This document shows, piece by piece, positions 1 to 11,241 of a DNA stretch of 64,000 nucleotides; positions within the stretch are counted from its first letter, which is position 1, and the number at the start of each line of letters is the position of its first letter. The position numbers were made by a program, and so were the translations under genes. The DNA is from Eledone cirrhosa (taxonomy: Eukaryota). The notes under the pieces are model-generated. The model was not told the DNA's origin. It saw only the letters and a list, made by a program, of their open reading frames with translations, and made no database searches. The DNA lies in assembly GCA_964016885.1 (NCBI GenBank), contig OZ024742.1, positions 114,018,001 to 114,082,000 of the forward strand, written 5' to 3'.

Positions 1-80
1 GTCGTTTGAAACCTATGAACCAATGATAATCGAGAATTATGACACACGGAATACTGATGTTGTTGAAATTAATATATAGA
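1..80 (-). mobile_element. 5' terminus (TCTATATATTAATTTC...) of an adjacent Helitron copy continuing off the window
   Basis: 1-80 matches 6165-6244 with 4 mismatches. It begins with the canonical Helitron 5'-TC directly after the CTAG of copy A. Confidence 0.85.
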
Positions 81-832
81 CTAGCTGACGTACCCAGCTT
101 CGCCTGAGTAAACAGATGATAAGAGAAGAGAGATAAAAGAGAAAATGACTGTATTGGATATTTGTCTGGTTACAGCATGAGGCGAGTCCGTGGTGTCCGT
201 GTGATACACAAAACAGTAAAAAAAATTCTTCCAGATATACCAGATTCTTCGTTGTTACGTTTGTGCATAGTAATTGAACAATTCTAGGTGCTCCCATTTA
301 GAATAGTGACATCTAGGAGATGGTTCATCTTCTACCTGACTGTAAAACGTATATCATTGCATAGACGTGGTTGGTCCACGTTTCTCAAAAGGATGATGGA
401 AGTTCCAATCTTTTATATTATATGTAGATATAGATATAGATGATTAATATAAAAGATGTCCGTCAATATAAAAAAGGTCCCTATTTACTTGAAATGGGTT
501 ATACAAATGCCAAATTAATATGGATATGGATAACATGCTTATCTATAAGTGGTCAGCTATAATAATAAAACAACAAATTATATGACACAAACATTTATTC
601 GGTAATTTACAGGATTTTAGCCACTAACTAATAGACAGTCAATATTGCCCAGATTTTTACTCGGGGAGGTGGTCGGGTTTGAACTCTAAATGGCGGATCC
701 TTCTACTTCAAAAATAGAATCGTTTTTTCAATATTACTCTAGCCCTGGTCGGCCATAGGCACCAAACTGTTTGCCAGACTCAGCATATGATGAGGTTTTA
801 TTACCACCGCTATCAGAAGCGATAAATTTGAT

Positions 833-1163
833 GGCAATTTCTACCAATACTTATTGGTTGTTATTGCTCATTATCTACAATACATGACATTGAACAGAAA
901 ATATAATTCTGTCAAAGCTCACAACACTGATCAAAGGACAGCTATTTCTGAATCATTTACGTCAAATATTCATAGCAGTGAAGGCAATTTCTACCAATAC
1001 TTGTTGGTATTTTTTGCGCAACATAACAGTGAAAGCAATTTTTACCAATACTTCTTTGATTTTATTGCTCATAACGACAATAAATGACATTGAACATAAA
1101 TGATAACTCTGTCAAATCACACAATACTGATCAAAGGACACCAATGTCCAAATCATTTACGTC
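833..1163. repeat. Imperfect internal duplications (about 200-bp and 50-bp periods) in the Helitron 3' region
   Basis: GCAATTTCTACCAATACTT recurs at about 834, 984 and 1035. ATGACATTGAAC...ATCATTTACGTC occurs at 884-963 and 1084-1163. Confidence 0.8.
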
Positions 1164-2912
1164 GCTTATTGATAGCATTAAAGATATTCATACATCAGCT
1201 CAAAGGTTCATTATAGACAATATCAGGGTTGTTCCTCTGTTAGTGGTATCAATTGCAAATTTTACACCATGAGGATCGCACACTCGATATGCAGCAACAT
1301 ACAGCTGCCCATGGCTGAATGCTGGATGATTCAAGTAGACGCCGACTCGCTTTAAAGTCTGTCCCTGTGCCTTGTTGACAGTCATGGAGAAGACCAAATT
1401 GACGGGAAACTGTCTCCTTTGCCAAATGGATGGCAGCAGATCTTCACTAGGTCTCATCATGATCCTCGGAATGAGAACCGAGGCCTCTGAGCCTGGGAAT
1501 TTAGCCTCTAAAACGCTTCCGTTAATCAACCTCTCAACAATCAATATGGTACCATTGCAAAGACCCATTTTATGATTGATATTTCTAAGCAATATAATCG
1601 GCATACGCTCTTTCAACCTCAACATATGTGGGAGGAATCAGGGTATTTGAAGTGAATTCAGATACTCAGTCGGAACATCCATATTGTTCTGCTAATTAGG
1701 CTCCATTGCATCCGCACTGACGGTCAACCATTCCTCTCCAGGAAATATTCCGGCTACTTGTGAATATATTTCATCGACCGTTGCATTCGTATGAGTTAGA
1801 ATAACGCGTTCCGATATCCAGGACATATTCTGCCAAAAACATTCAAATTAGGGAACCCCCAGTCAATCAATGCTTGGCGGTCCAGTCGCATGACCAAATG
1901 GTATGGGATACTTACAGTCTGATTATCACCAACGTGTGGAAATTCATCGTCTCCCATCTGCATCAAACATTGGCTAAGTGTCAGCCGCTTCGCTTAGCCC
2001 GAATATACGAAGTCGCATATTATCGTGTAATCGCCAAACTCTGAAATGGCGCCACAACGGGGACATTTTCAGACATTTTAGGTATTCCTAACAATTGGTA
2101 GCACCTGTCTGAAATCGCCACCAGGAACGATAGTCTTACCACCGAATGGCAGGTCACTACCGCAGATATCTCTCAAAGTTCTGTCCAATGCCTCCAGCAA
2201 ATATCTGTGTGTCACTGGAGCCTCGTCCCAAATAATCAGTGACGTATTGCGTATAAGGCCCGCGAGTTCACTTTGTCCTGTAATGTTACGGACACTCAAC
2301 TCATCCGGAGCCAATGGAGCCTTGAAGCATGAGTGGTAGGTCCTTCCACCACTCAGCAAAGTAGCAGCTATCCCACTTGTGGCCAGAGTCGAGCAATCTT
2401 CCTCTGAGCTCTGACTGCCGATAACATTGTGTTGAAACACAATGTCTTTCCGCTGCCTCCTGGAGCATCTATGAAAGCACAAAGTTGTTCATTAGTGGAA
2501 ATCGAGTGGAGAACGCCATCGACCAATTCTCTCTGAGATTGAGTCAACATTGGCATACCTTCATCCACAATACGTTGCTGTTCCAGTGGATCAAAGTGGA
2601 ATAGTTCCCACCGATCGAGTGACAACCGTCTAAGCTGCAATCTCATGTTCAATGCTAAGACACGTTGCCGCATTTCTTCATCAGTAATTGGCAAATTGAA
2701 AGCTGTTAAATATTTGAAATGAACTCAAGCAGTTACTCAATATTGAGCAAAACAATAGCTTTTATCAAACGTTCATCATCGACCAGAAGATGATGCCTAA
2801 AACCATCAGTCACAATTCCCCAATGGCGTTCAAATAACTCTCTTGGATCGGCAGGATTGTAGAATCATAGAATCGTGACAAACAACTGTCTTATTTGAGC
2901 TGGCATTTTTGT

Positions 2913-3012
2913 TGTTCCTGCAGCTTCCATGAAGGAGTCCCAGATGTTCCTGCAGCTTCCATGAAGGAGTCCCAGATGTTCCTGCAGCTTGCATGAAGGA
3001 GTCCCAGATGTT
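2913..3012. repeat. 32-bp tandem repeat, 3 copies, inside RepHel
   Basis: TGTTCCTGCAGCTTCCATGAAGGAGTCCCAGA starts at 2913, 2945 and 2977. Confidence 0.95.
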
Positions 3013-5419
3013 GACACATAGCCTGGTATGTTTCATATTCCACGCCATAGATTGTTTTCAAATCAGGGATGCTCAGTTTACCTCTCGATAAATCATTATG
3101 CAACAGCATTCGGAGATAAAACACATCACCAGATTCTGGATGGACTTTACAAACCCGTCCAATAGTCATGATCTCAACTTTTGTTTTCTATCATTCCATT
3201 TCTTTCCCTTCTTATCCCACGTATAATGCGAAGGGAAATCGCAGTAGAGTTGTCTTTGATTATGGTTCAAAGCATGTTCCCTATTATACTTGAACCACTC
3301 AGTCAATTCCGTCTTAGGAGGTGATGCGTTAGCAATTATTTCGACACCTTTTATAGTGTCCTGAAAACAGACCATTTGCCTATTTTCTAAGTGAACCGTC
3401 AGTTTCTGAACGCTGGGTTTGCGTTCATTGAGATCATAATCGAACTATCTCCAGCAAGATTCGCTAGATCCACTCGAGCGAACATCCGGGAACCTGCCAA
3501 CGTTATCTCCTTGGTTCGCTTCCTCATTCCTGACATTGATCATTGCCCGATCATGACCTTTGTAAACATATTTGAATAGATATTTGCAAGCCTTTACTGA
3601 GCTACAAATTTCCACATTAATATGACAGGATTGTATGGCACAACCCATTGATTTGTAACCTGTCGACCGTTTACATTTTCGACCAAACCGCCATTGGCAT
3701 TCTGTGTGAGGGATGAGCATTCCATCATTCCACGCAGTGTACGTGACAAAAGATTTCGGGATGTGCTTACTGCATTGGCCATTTTCCATGCAAGACACTT
3801 TCCGATTTGCCACTCCGCATTGGTTGTGCACCATTTACTTTGACACCAAGTTACATAGTGCCTCATTCTACGACAGTTCAGCACACACGATGCTGTAGAC
3901 ATCTTCAGCACATCTCAATTTGTAACCTCTATGTAAAATGAACAGCAAATATGCATGTGGCAATCCTCTTTTTTTGGAATTCAATTACGTATGTAAAAGC
4001 GACTATACCTCCAAAGATTCCCGCTTTTTCCACATCATCCATTATCTGTTTCAGATATCCTTTGAATACTATTGCCACAATATCAGGACGGTCCTTTGGC
4101 TGTTGTCCTGGCAAAAGTGTATCCTTAATATCTATCCATTCAGGATTGCATGTAACCGTTATAAACAAATCTGGCTTTCCAAACTTTCTGACAATAGCCA
4201 TTGAATCCTGATAGCGAATGTTCATATATCTCGGGCCGCCGATGAACGACGATGGCAAAATGATGCGTCGACCAATTTGCTTGTAATTGGCATCATCGGC
4301 TGTTATCGCATCCTGCATATTATTATACAATTCAGCTCTGATATTTTGCTGATGTGTAGCTATATAATTTAGCCTTTGATTTTCGATCTTTGCAAATGCC
4401 ATACAACAGTATTCCTGGAACAATCTGCTGGCTTGAATTCGCGCATTTCTCTGTTGATTTCTCTCGTTCAAATGGAATGCGTAAAAGTCGCGAACCGAAT
4501 GATTGTGTCTATTACCGCCTCCCTGTTGATGCTGATTCTCAGGATCATCTAAATGAACAAACATGTTCCATCCATTTTCACCTTTTGGGAACATAATGCA
4601 ATGGATCGTATGCCCCATTTGACTCATTGATAGTCTTGAGACCACCATCTCTGGGATTGAGGACGATATCTCTCGATCCAGGCTTCTCGGTCCATCAACA
4701 CCGCAACTTCACGAAATCATTCAGGGGCATTATATCGCCGTTCGTGTTGATTCCTTGGCACTGCATCAGCCTTAATCACGAATGTTTGCTGCTGAACATT
4801 TTACAGTTCAGCCACCAGTATGACATCCATAACATAACGATTACACTGTCTAAGCCATGATTGCAAATCAAGGATCAAATCACTTAACGTTTGCCGTTCA
4901 ATTTCAGTTTTATTTCCCGGCAACTTCATCCTACCGATCCGGATATCCTCCTCCGATTCACTATTATCTGGATCGTTAACATAAATTACAGCGAAACAAG
5001 GCCTCTCTCCTGGGGTAACTTCTAAATTACCGATACAATGATACAAACGACCTTGAATGACTACATTCGGTTGCCATGCTCCACTCTCAAACATCTCACT
5101 AACTCTCTTCGATGCTAAAGCTAATGAATTTTTAATTTACCGTGAATATTTGCGCAGTAATCTACCTCGGGCTCCTTGATCACCCCACATACTTAGTATT
5201 TTAAACACCGGTGACTTCTCATCATTCGGCATTTGCAAGGGTTCTAGTTGAACTTCTCCTTTATGACAGCACATTGTGGTCCACGTCTTTTCGTGCCTCC
5301 AATGCAATGCTCCACAATGTGGACACAGAGCTCGTCCACCAATCTGAACATGACACGGTTGCCATGATCCATTTTTAATATCATCCGTTCGCCTTCTAGC
5401 CTCTTTATAGGAATGAGGA

Positions 5420-5715
5420 GCAGTTTGGCGATACATTCTCTGAACTTCTGTATTGCGCTGGCGCTGTTCAGCCAACTCCTCTTCATCCATCGTGCACGCC
5501 GTTGCTGCTGAATTCTGGCCACCTGCTGATGATGCTCAGCCAGTTCGTCTTCAACCATCGCAGCACGCCGTCGCTGCTTGGCTCCAGTGTTTCGTTGGCG
5601 TTGTTCAGCCAGCTCCTCTTCATTCATGGCGGTACGTCTCGCCTATGAAGTTCGGCGTTCCGATGGCGCTGTTCGGCCCATTTTTCTTCATTGCTGGCTG
5701 CACGCCGTCGCTGCT
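5420..5715 (-). repeat. About 69-bp (23-aa) coding repeats at the RepHel N-terminus, STPR-like
   Basis: MNEEELAEQRQRNTGAKQRRRAA / MVEDELAEHHQQVARIQQQRRAR / MDEEELAEQRQRNTEVQRMYR, plus an upstream NEEKWAEQRHRNAE unit. Confidence 0.75.
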
Positions 5716-7514
5716 GTAGTTAACTGTTTGATAAAGTCGAATTGCTTTTATCACTATTCATTTCGAGAAAATTGTCAAAAAATGACACAATAATAAATAT
5801 AAAAGATGTCCGTTAATGTAAAGAAAGTTCCCTATTAACTCCTTTCACAACTCTGTGTATGTTACACTGACAGACAGGCACACAGACAGATGAACTGCGT
5901 GGCGATTGGGGAAAGCCACTCACATACACGCATGGAAAGGCGCACACGCACGCAAACTTACACACTCTCACACTCACACGTTTTGATAGTTTTTTTACTT
6001 TCTGTGGAACGCTGCACGCATGCACACAGATAAACATACGCGCACGTACATACACACGAACACTTGTTAATAGTTATTGAACACAGTGTTCACACTCTCC
6101 CCTCTCACTCCCTCATTGGCATTATCCATTTTAATTTAAGTTTGGCGTCATTGAGGTTGGTGGAGTCGTTTGAAACCTATGAACCAATGATAATCGAGAA
6201 TTATGACACACGGAATACTGACGTTCTTGAAATTAATAAATATATATATTCATAATTGTTATATACTCATACATATAGATGTATGTATGTACACACTCAT
6301 ACGCGTCAGCGTGTAGAACATAATAATATCTCTATCACTCTCATCACACATTCTCTCTTTCTATGTATATGGTAGTCGAAGTGGTGGCGGTGGTGACGAT
6401 ATACAGGAAGTGTAGCAATGTGAATGAAAATATGAAAAGAAGTCAATTTTAAATTATTTGTTTACGCAATTTAGTTTCGAAATTTAGGACATAAATTATG
6501 TAATAATTCATTATTTATTCAAAGTAATCCTACTTATTTTACTAACTGGATGAAAAGAAATAAACCGTACATATAAATGTCAGGAAGTTGATGAATATTT
6601 CCATAATAACATAAAAGTAGTAAATGTATCACTAGAAATGTCAAATTCGACACACCATTGTGCACTCTAATGGACCAGAAAAAAGACTTATCTGACAATC
6701 CCAGCTGTTAATTACTGAACCACAATAAACTGAATTAGGACGTACCAGAAAGAACATGTTAAATTGCATAAATTGAGAATTAAATGAGAATTATTTACAG
6801 TGGAGGAAAACAACAATATATTTCAGTTATGACCCTTGAAAATATAGATAGATTCACACAGTTTAACATAATGATATTTTATTCCTCGATGTAGAGCCCT
6901 CTTTCAGTAAGCAGTTTACGGCGCGCCAATATTTTGTTATCTCAGTAATCTTTAATAGCATTGAACATGTGCACCCGAAAAAAAATGCCTTTCTTATAAA
7001 CGATTCTATGTAGATAAATCATCTAAACCGTAAGATGTATATGAAGCTTTGAAATGAACCATATGACAGAGCTTTTATGCGGGACCTGGTCAAATATTGT
7101 ATTCGTATTATACAAATAGACACATATTTTAACCACTGCATTGAAATGTTCAGAGATGACGTATTAACCTCATTAAACAATTCGTCTAGAAATGACAATA
7201 AACTCTACATTCGCTAAGGCGTACGTCCTAGACATACAATCTAGACTTAACAACAATTCCCGATAAGCGAACACATCAAATCAGAAAGCATTGACAACTA
7301 ACATGATATGTTATTTAATAACCTATTTATTAATATTAGCAGTCTAATAAACACACTATCTAACATCCTAAAAAACATAATTTTGCAAGTTAATCCCATA
7401 TTTCTTTAGACAAATTCATCGATAAAGGGTGTGAAAAAATGGATTGTGTGTATACTCGATACACCCACATTCCTTCTACATGTAAAGCCAAATATAACCA
7501 GAAGACACAGTATT

Positions 7515-8350
7515 AGTTAACTTGTCAGAATGTGATCACCAACATGGATGTGATAGATTTGATATCGATTGCTTCAGGGCTGGAATGAAAATCAGTGCTA
7601 AATACTTGTCCTCTCAAGGAAGTTAGAGCAGTGCATTTGAGTCGTGTCCACTGAAGAAAGAAAAAAAGTTCAAGTATTTCGGGTTCGTTCTCCTAAGACA
7701 TGGCAGAAAGGGGGCTGAATTATAGTCAAGTATGAAAAGAGCTGAGGCAGCATTGCGTCACCTACAGCGTTCGGAAAGCAAAAGAAAGGATGTAGGTGCA
7801 AAAGCCAAACTCGCTATCTTCAATTCGTTAGTCGATTCAACACTTACACATATCGATAGATATTGTGTAAAGACCGAAGAAAATACGATCTTGAATAAGT
7901 GAAACCGAAATGGGGTTCCTCCATAGGCCCTTTGGAGCAACGTTACACGATATAGTGCGTAGCTCGATGGCCAGAAAATAGCTCCAGAGGGAGCCGCTAC
8001 TTATCCGAATTAAGACGCCACGCGTCCGATATTATGGGAATGTGTGTAGAAAGTCTCAGTAAAAATTCTCATGACAGATTAAACAAGCAAATTAAATAGA
8101 CAGGATACCTAGTATAAGAGGTCTGGCCTCAGTTTGCCTCGGTTGGGGATTCATCTATATCACTTGGAGACGGTTGATTCTGACAGGAAGCACTGGTAGA
8201 CGTATTTGAGGACACTGGAATCTATGTTTGAAGAAGAAAAAAGAAGGAAAAGACGAAAACAAATAATAAGTATAATAATTAGGATATGATGATGAAGAAG
8301 AAGAAGAAGAAGAAGAAGAAGAAGAAGAAGAAGAAGAAGAAGAAGAAGAA
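7515..8350 (+). mobile_element. RTE-clade LINE 3' fragment with (GAA)n tail
   Basis: Manual translation: ..DRFDIDCFRAGMKISAK..FKYFG..AEAALRHL..KAKLAIFNSLVDSTLT..LGIHLYHLETVDSDRKHW, followed by (GAA)n at about 8293-8350. Confidence 0.75.
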
Positions 8351-9189
8351 CTAAAACAACAACAACAGCAACAACATATATAGTAGGATAATATATTATG
8401 ATCAATTTTTCATAAGGTGCTTCGCTGAATTTCAAATGATGAGTGTAATTCATATGCCCAGAGACCTTCGATGCTCGCATAGAATATACGGTGCAGTAGT
8501 GGAATTGTAATGAATAATCGTAGATATATGAAGCTGAAGTTTCACCTGAGACCACCAGCCAAGCAGATAGCAGTAGCCATATATCAATGTGTTGCATGAA
8601 AACCTTCTGTAAATAGATCACCCTTAGATATATGTTATTTATGATACTTCTCATGGTCATTTTTGCACATTTGGTTTTCCTTTTCCATGGTTTTATAGCC
8701 GAGATTCTCAAGCAGTTTTTAAGTTATTGTATTATATCATGACTGATTATTGCATAACTGATGCGGTCCAATACCGATATCAGCTCGATAGAATTAATAG
8801 AATGGAAGTCGACTTTACGGGATTTGTAATCAAAATGCACACACGTATTGCATTGACATTATTTGAATGTATATTTTACTATGTTCAACCTTAAATTTTG
8901 TAATAAATATCGTTCCATATCAAATCAAATGATAGTTTTTTTCTATAATATATAATTTCTTGGTTTCATTGAGTTGAAATGGCATCAGTGTGATTTGTTA
9001 CAATCTTTTCGTCGAACGTGTATCAATTGTTTAATGATAAATATTCCAGATGTGGATTTGATGCGAATTATCAGAAATATTTTCAACAGTAACATATTTG
9101 AAATCAGTTATTTAATAACGGATCTATATATCAATATCAATGGGGATGTGCAATAACGTTATAGACAATTAACGTATTCGATTCCCCTA

Positions 9190-9952
9190 ATAACCAATCG
9201 CCTTCTATTTACATATTTCTCTGGAATTTTCGTTTCTAAAACCTTTATCTGAAATGTGTATGGTTCTCCTCTCTTCAGAGAGGTGCATAATAGCGCCGTA
9301 GAAAGTATAAATTGCTGATCTCCTAAATCCGATCACAGGAATATCGTCTGCTCTACACAGATGCATCTAGGAGTGGTGGCTAATCTCTCAGAAGCTGATT
9401 TCCCCACAGCAGTTAAATAGCTTATATGTGGGAAGACCGATAAGAAACATGAAATCCAGGCGAGATGTTATGTGTTTTAAGTAGAGAAGGTATTATCTAG
9501 CTGACTGGTGTGTGTCGTCTGGCTTGTATCTAATAGCAATCGGGACGTATAACCCCAATTTTCAAAACGGGAAATAAGAGAGATTATCCCATTTGCAGAG
9601 AGATCTCCTTGTTAAGCCTCCACGGTAAAATATATGCTGTCTGGCAAAGAGATGCAGGGAGATTGCCGAGTCTAATATTCACAATGTTGCAGGTCTTCGT
9701 TGTAGCTATACCAATGTCCGTGTATTTGTGTTTGGATAAATGGTGCAACATCGACACATTTCAATGTGGGAGTCGGACACAGTCAAGGATGCTTTCTGTC
9801 ACCTCTTCTCTTCATTTACATGTTTGGGGATCCAACAAGGTCATTTGGAGACGGTTGCTAATGACAAGACGTGCTGGAACGAGTGTTTGAAGACTCTGCC
9901 CCCATTGCCTTTCAGGAACTCGTGGGCGAAGTAGAAGAAATAAAATAAGAAG
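9190..9952 (+). mobile_element. RTE-clade LINE 3' fragment, same family as 7515-8350
   Basis: RLLYTDA (degenerate LLYADD) near 9350; C-terminus LGIQQGHLETVANDKTCW; GAA-rich tail. Confidence 0.65.
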
Positions 9953-10397
9953 ATGCGTAAGGTTTACATTTACCAATCAGCAAGTATTAACACAGTCATG
10001 AACAAAAGCAATTGTTTCACCTATTCATCGCATTCTCGCTTAAATATCTACCAATTTTCAGATATTTACAACAGAATACAAGACTACAACTTCTTGAATC
10101 TTGGAATGTCACTATCATATCATACACATGTAGGGATCTATTCAGTGTAAATATGTGAACGCTAATTGTGTCTTAAATCTTATACCACGTATTTAAAGAG
10201 ATTCTTGGATTATTTTGACTCGGACATTATATCATTATCTCTCTCTCTTTATATATATATATATATATGAATGTATATATATAAGAAAATGTTTTCCTAT
10301 TACCCACTCTACTACCCTAAGTATTGAGTACTCTGGTGCTTTATGGTACATCTGGTGCCTTACCACATCTCCTTCGTTTTATATATATATATATATA

Positions 10398-11235
10398 TAT
10401 TTGAAAAAAAAGGAAAATAATGACTTCACTTATACTCTTAAATAATTTGATTTAATTTTATAATAGTATAATATAATGAGTTGGTAGATCTAGTAAGATC
10501 TTTGTTAACTTCGGTGTGAAGAATATTGAAGATTCCTAGTTAACTTTGATGGGGAACTTTCTCGAATTCATCGGTGGCGATTTTCAAACTGAAATCAGGT
10601 TGTGTTGAGATGTATTACTATATATAAGATATATTTGGATGTGTCTGGGGTTTGGGGTGAGGTGTTAATTAGTGTTGATGACGATTTGGAGGAATAAAGG
10701 CATGCACACAGACACATACATGCACACACACACACACACATACACGCACTCACATATATATTATATACACTCAGAAAATGGTGAGGTTGACATCAAAATA
10801 AGTTTGTTTGAGAAGGTCGTTGTAAACATCCCCTCCTGCTGGTTTTATTTCATTAGCTGACTTTGATGAGTATAATGGCAATTTGTTTTTCAAATTCTTT
10901 TCATATAGCTGAATCAACTCTCTTAAATTTATAAAGAATATCTTCTACAAATGTCTATATCAAAGATGAATGTAGGTGCGTGTCTGGTGGTGGTGGTGGA
11001 TTTTAATGAGGTGTAAGATACATGTCTTTTGATAAGAATGGGATGACAGCAAAAAGAGAAAAGAAGGATAGTTTTGGAACATTTGTGAAAAATGTGTTGT
11101 TGATATTGTTTAGGGAGAGGAAGTGTGGGGGGAGATGCTAGCTCACATATTTACTTCCCTATATGTAAATATATTTAAAGTCCATATATATTACATACAT
11201 ACACACACAAACACATACACACACATATCAACACA
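10398..11235. repeat. Left arm of a long (about 830 bp) inverted repeat
   Basis: Reverse complement of about 13915-14735, e.g. GAGTTGGTAGATCTAGTAAG / CTTACTAGATCTACCAACTC and CCCCTCCTGCTGGTTTTATTTCATTAGCTGAC / GTCAGCTAATGAAATAAAACCAGCAGGAGGGG. Confidence 0.92.
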
Positions 11236-11241
11236 CATATA

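Larger units (their letters stand above)
1200..5715 (-). pseudogene. Helitron Rep/Pif1-helicase (RepHel), frameshifted
   Basis: ORF pieces in order: Zn finger CPHCGALHW..CCHKG; Rep motifs GKPDLFITVTCNPEW, YVIEFQK(RGLPH), KYLFKYVYKGHD; helicase FIDAPGGSGKT, ATSGIAATLL.GGRT.HS, IIWDEAP, GGDFRQVLP, GLCNGT, RRQFPV..MTVNKAQGQTL, FSHGQLYVA. Confidence 0.95.
81..6244 (-). mobile_element. Helitron (copy A), decayed autonomous Rep/helicase element
   Basis: Minus-strand 3' end reads ACTCAGGCGAAGCTGGGTACGTCAG-CTAG (hairpin, then CTAG at 84-81). The 5' end at 6244 is defined by near-identity of 6165-6244 to 1-80. It contains RepHel fragments. Confidence 0.9.

Noticed and set aside
2913-3012. CRISPR-like 32-bp repeats
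   Set aside because: No spacers; contiguous tandem repeat in a eukaryotic transposon.
8160-8380. Poly-Leu/Val transmembrane-like end of ORF 8160-8711
   Set aside because: Reverse reading of the (GAA)n LINE tail and (CAA)n.
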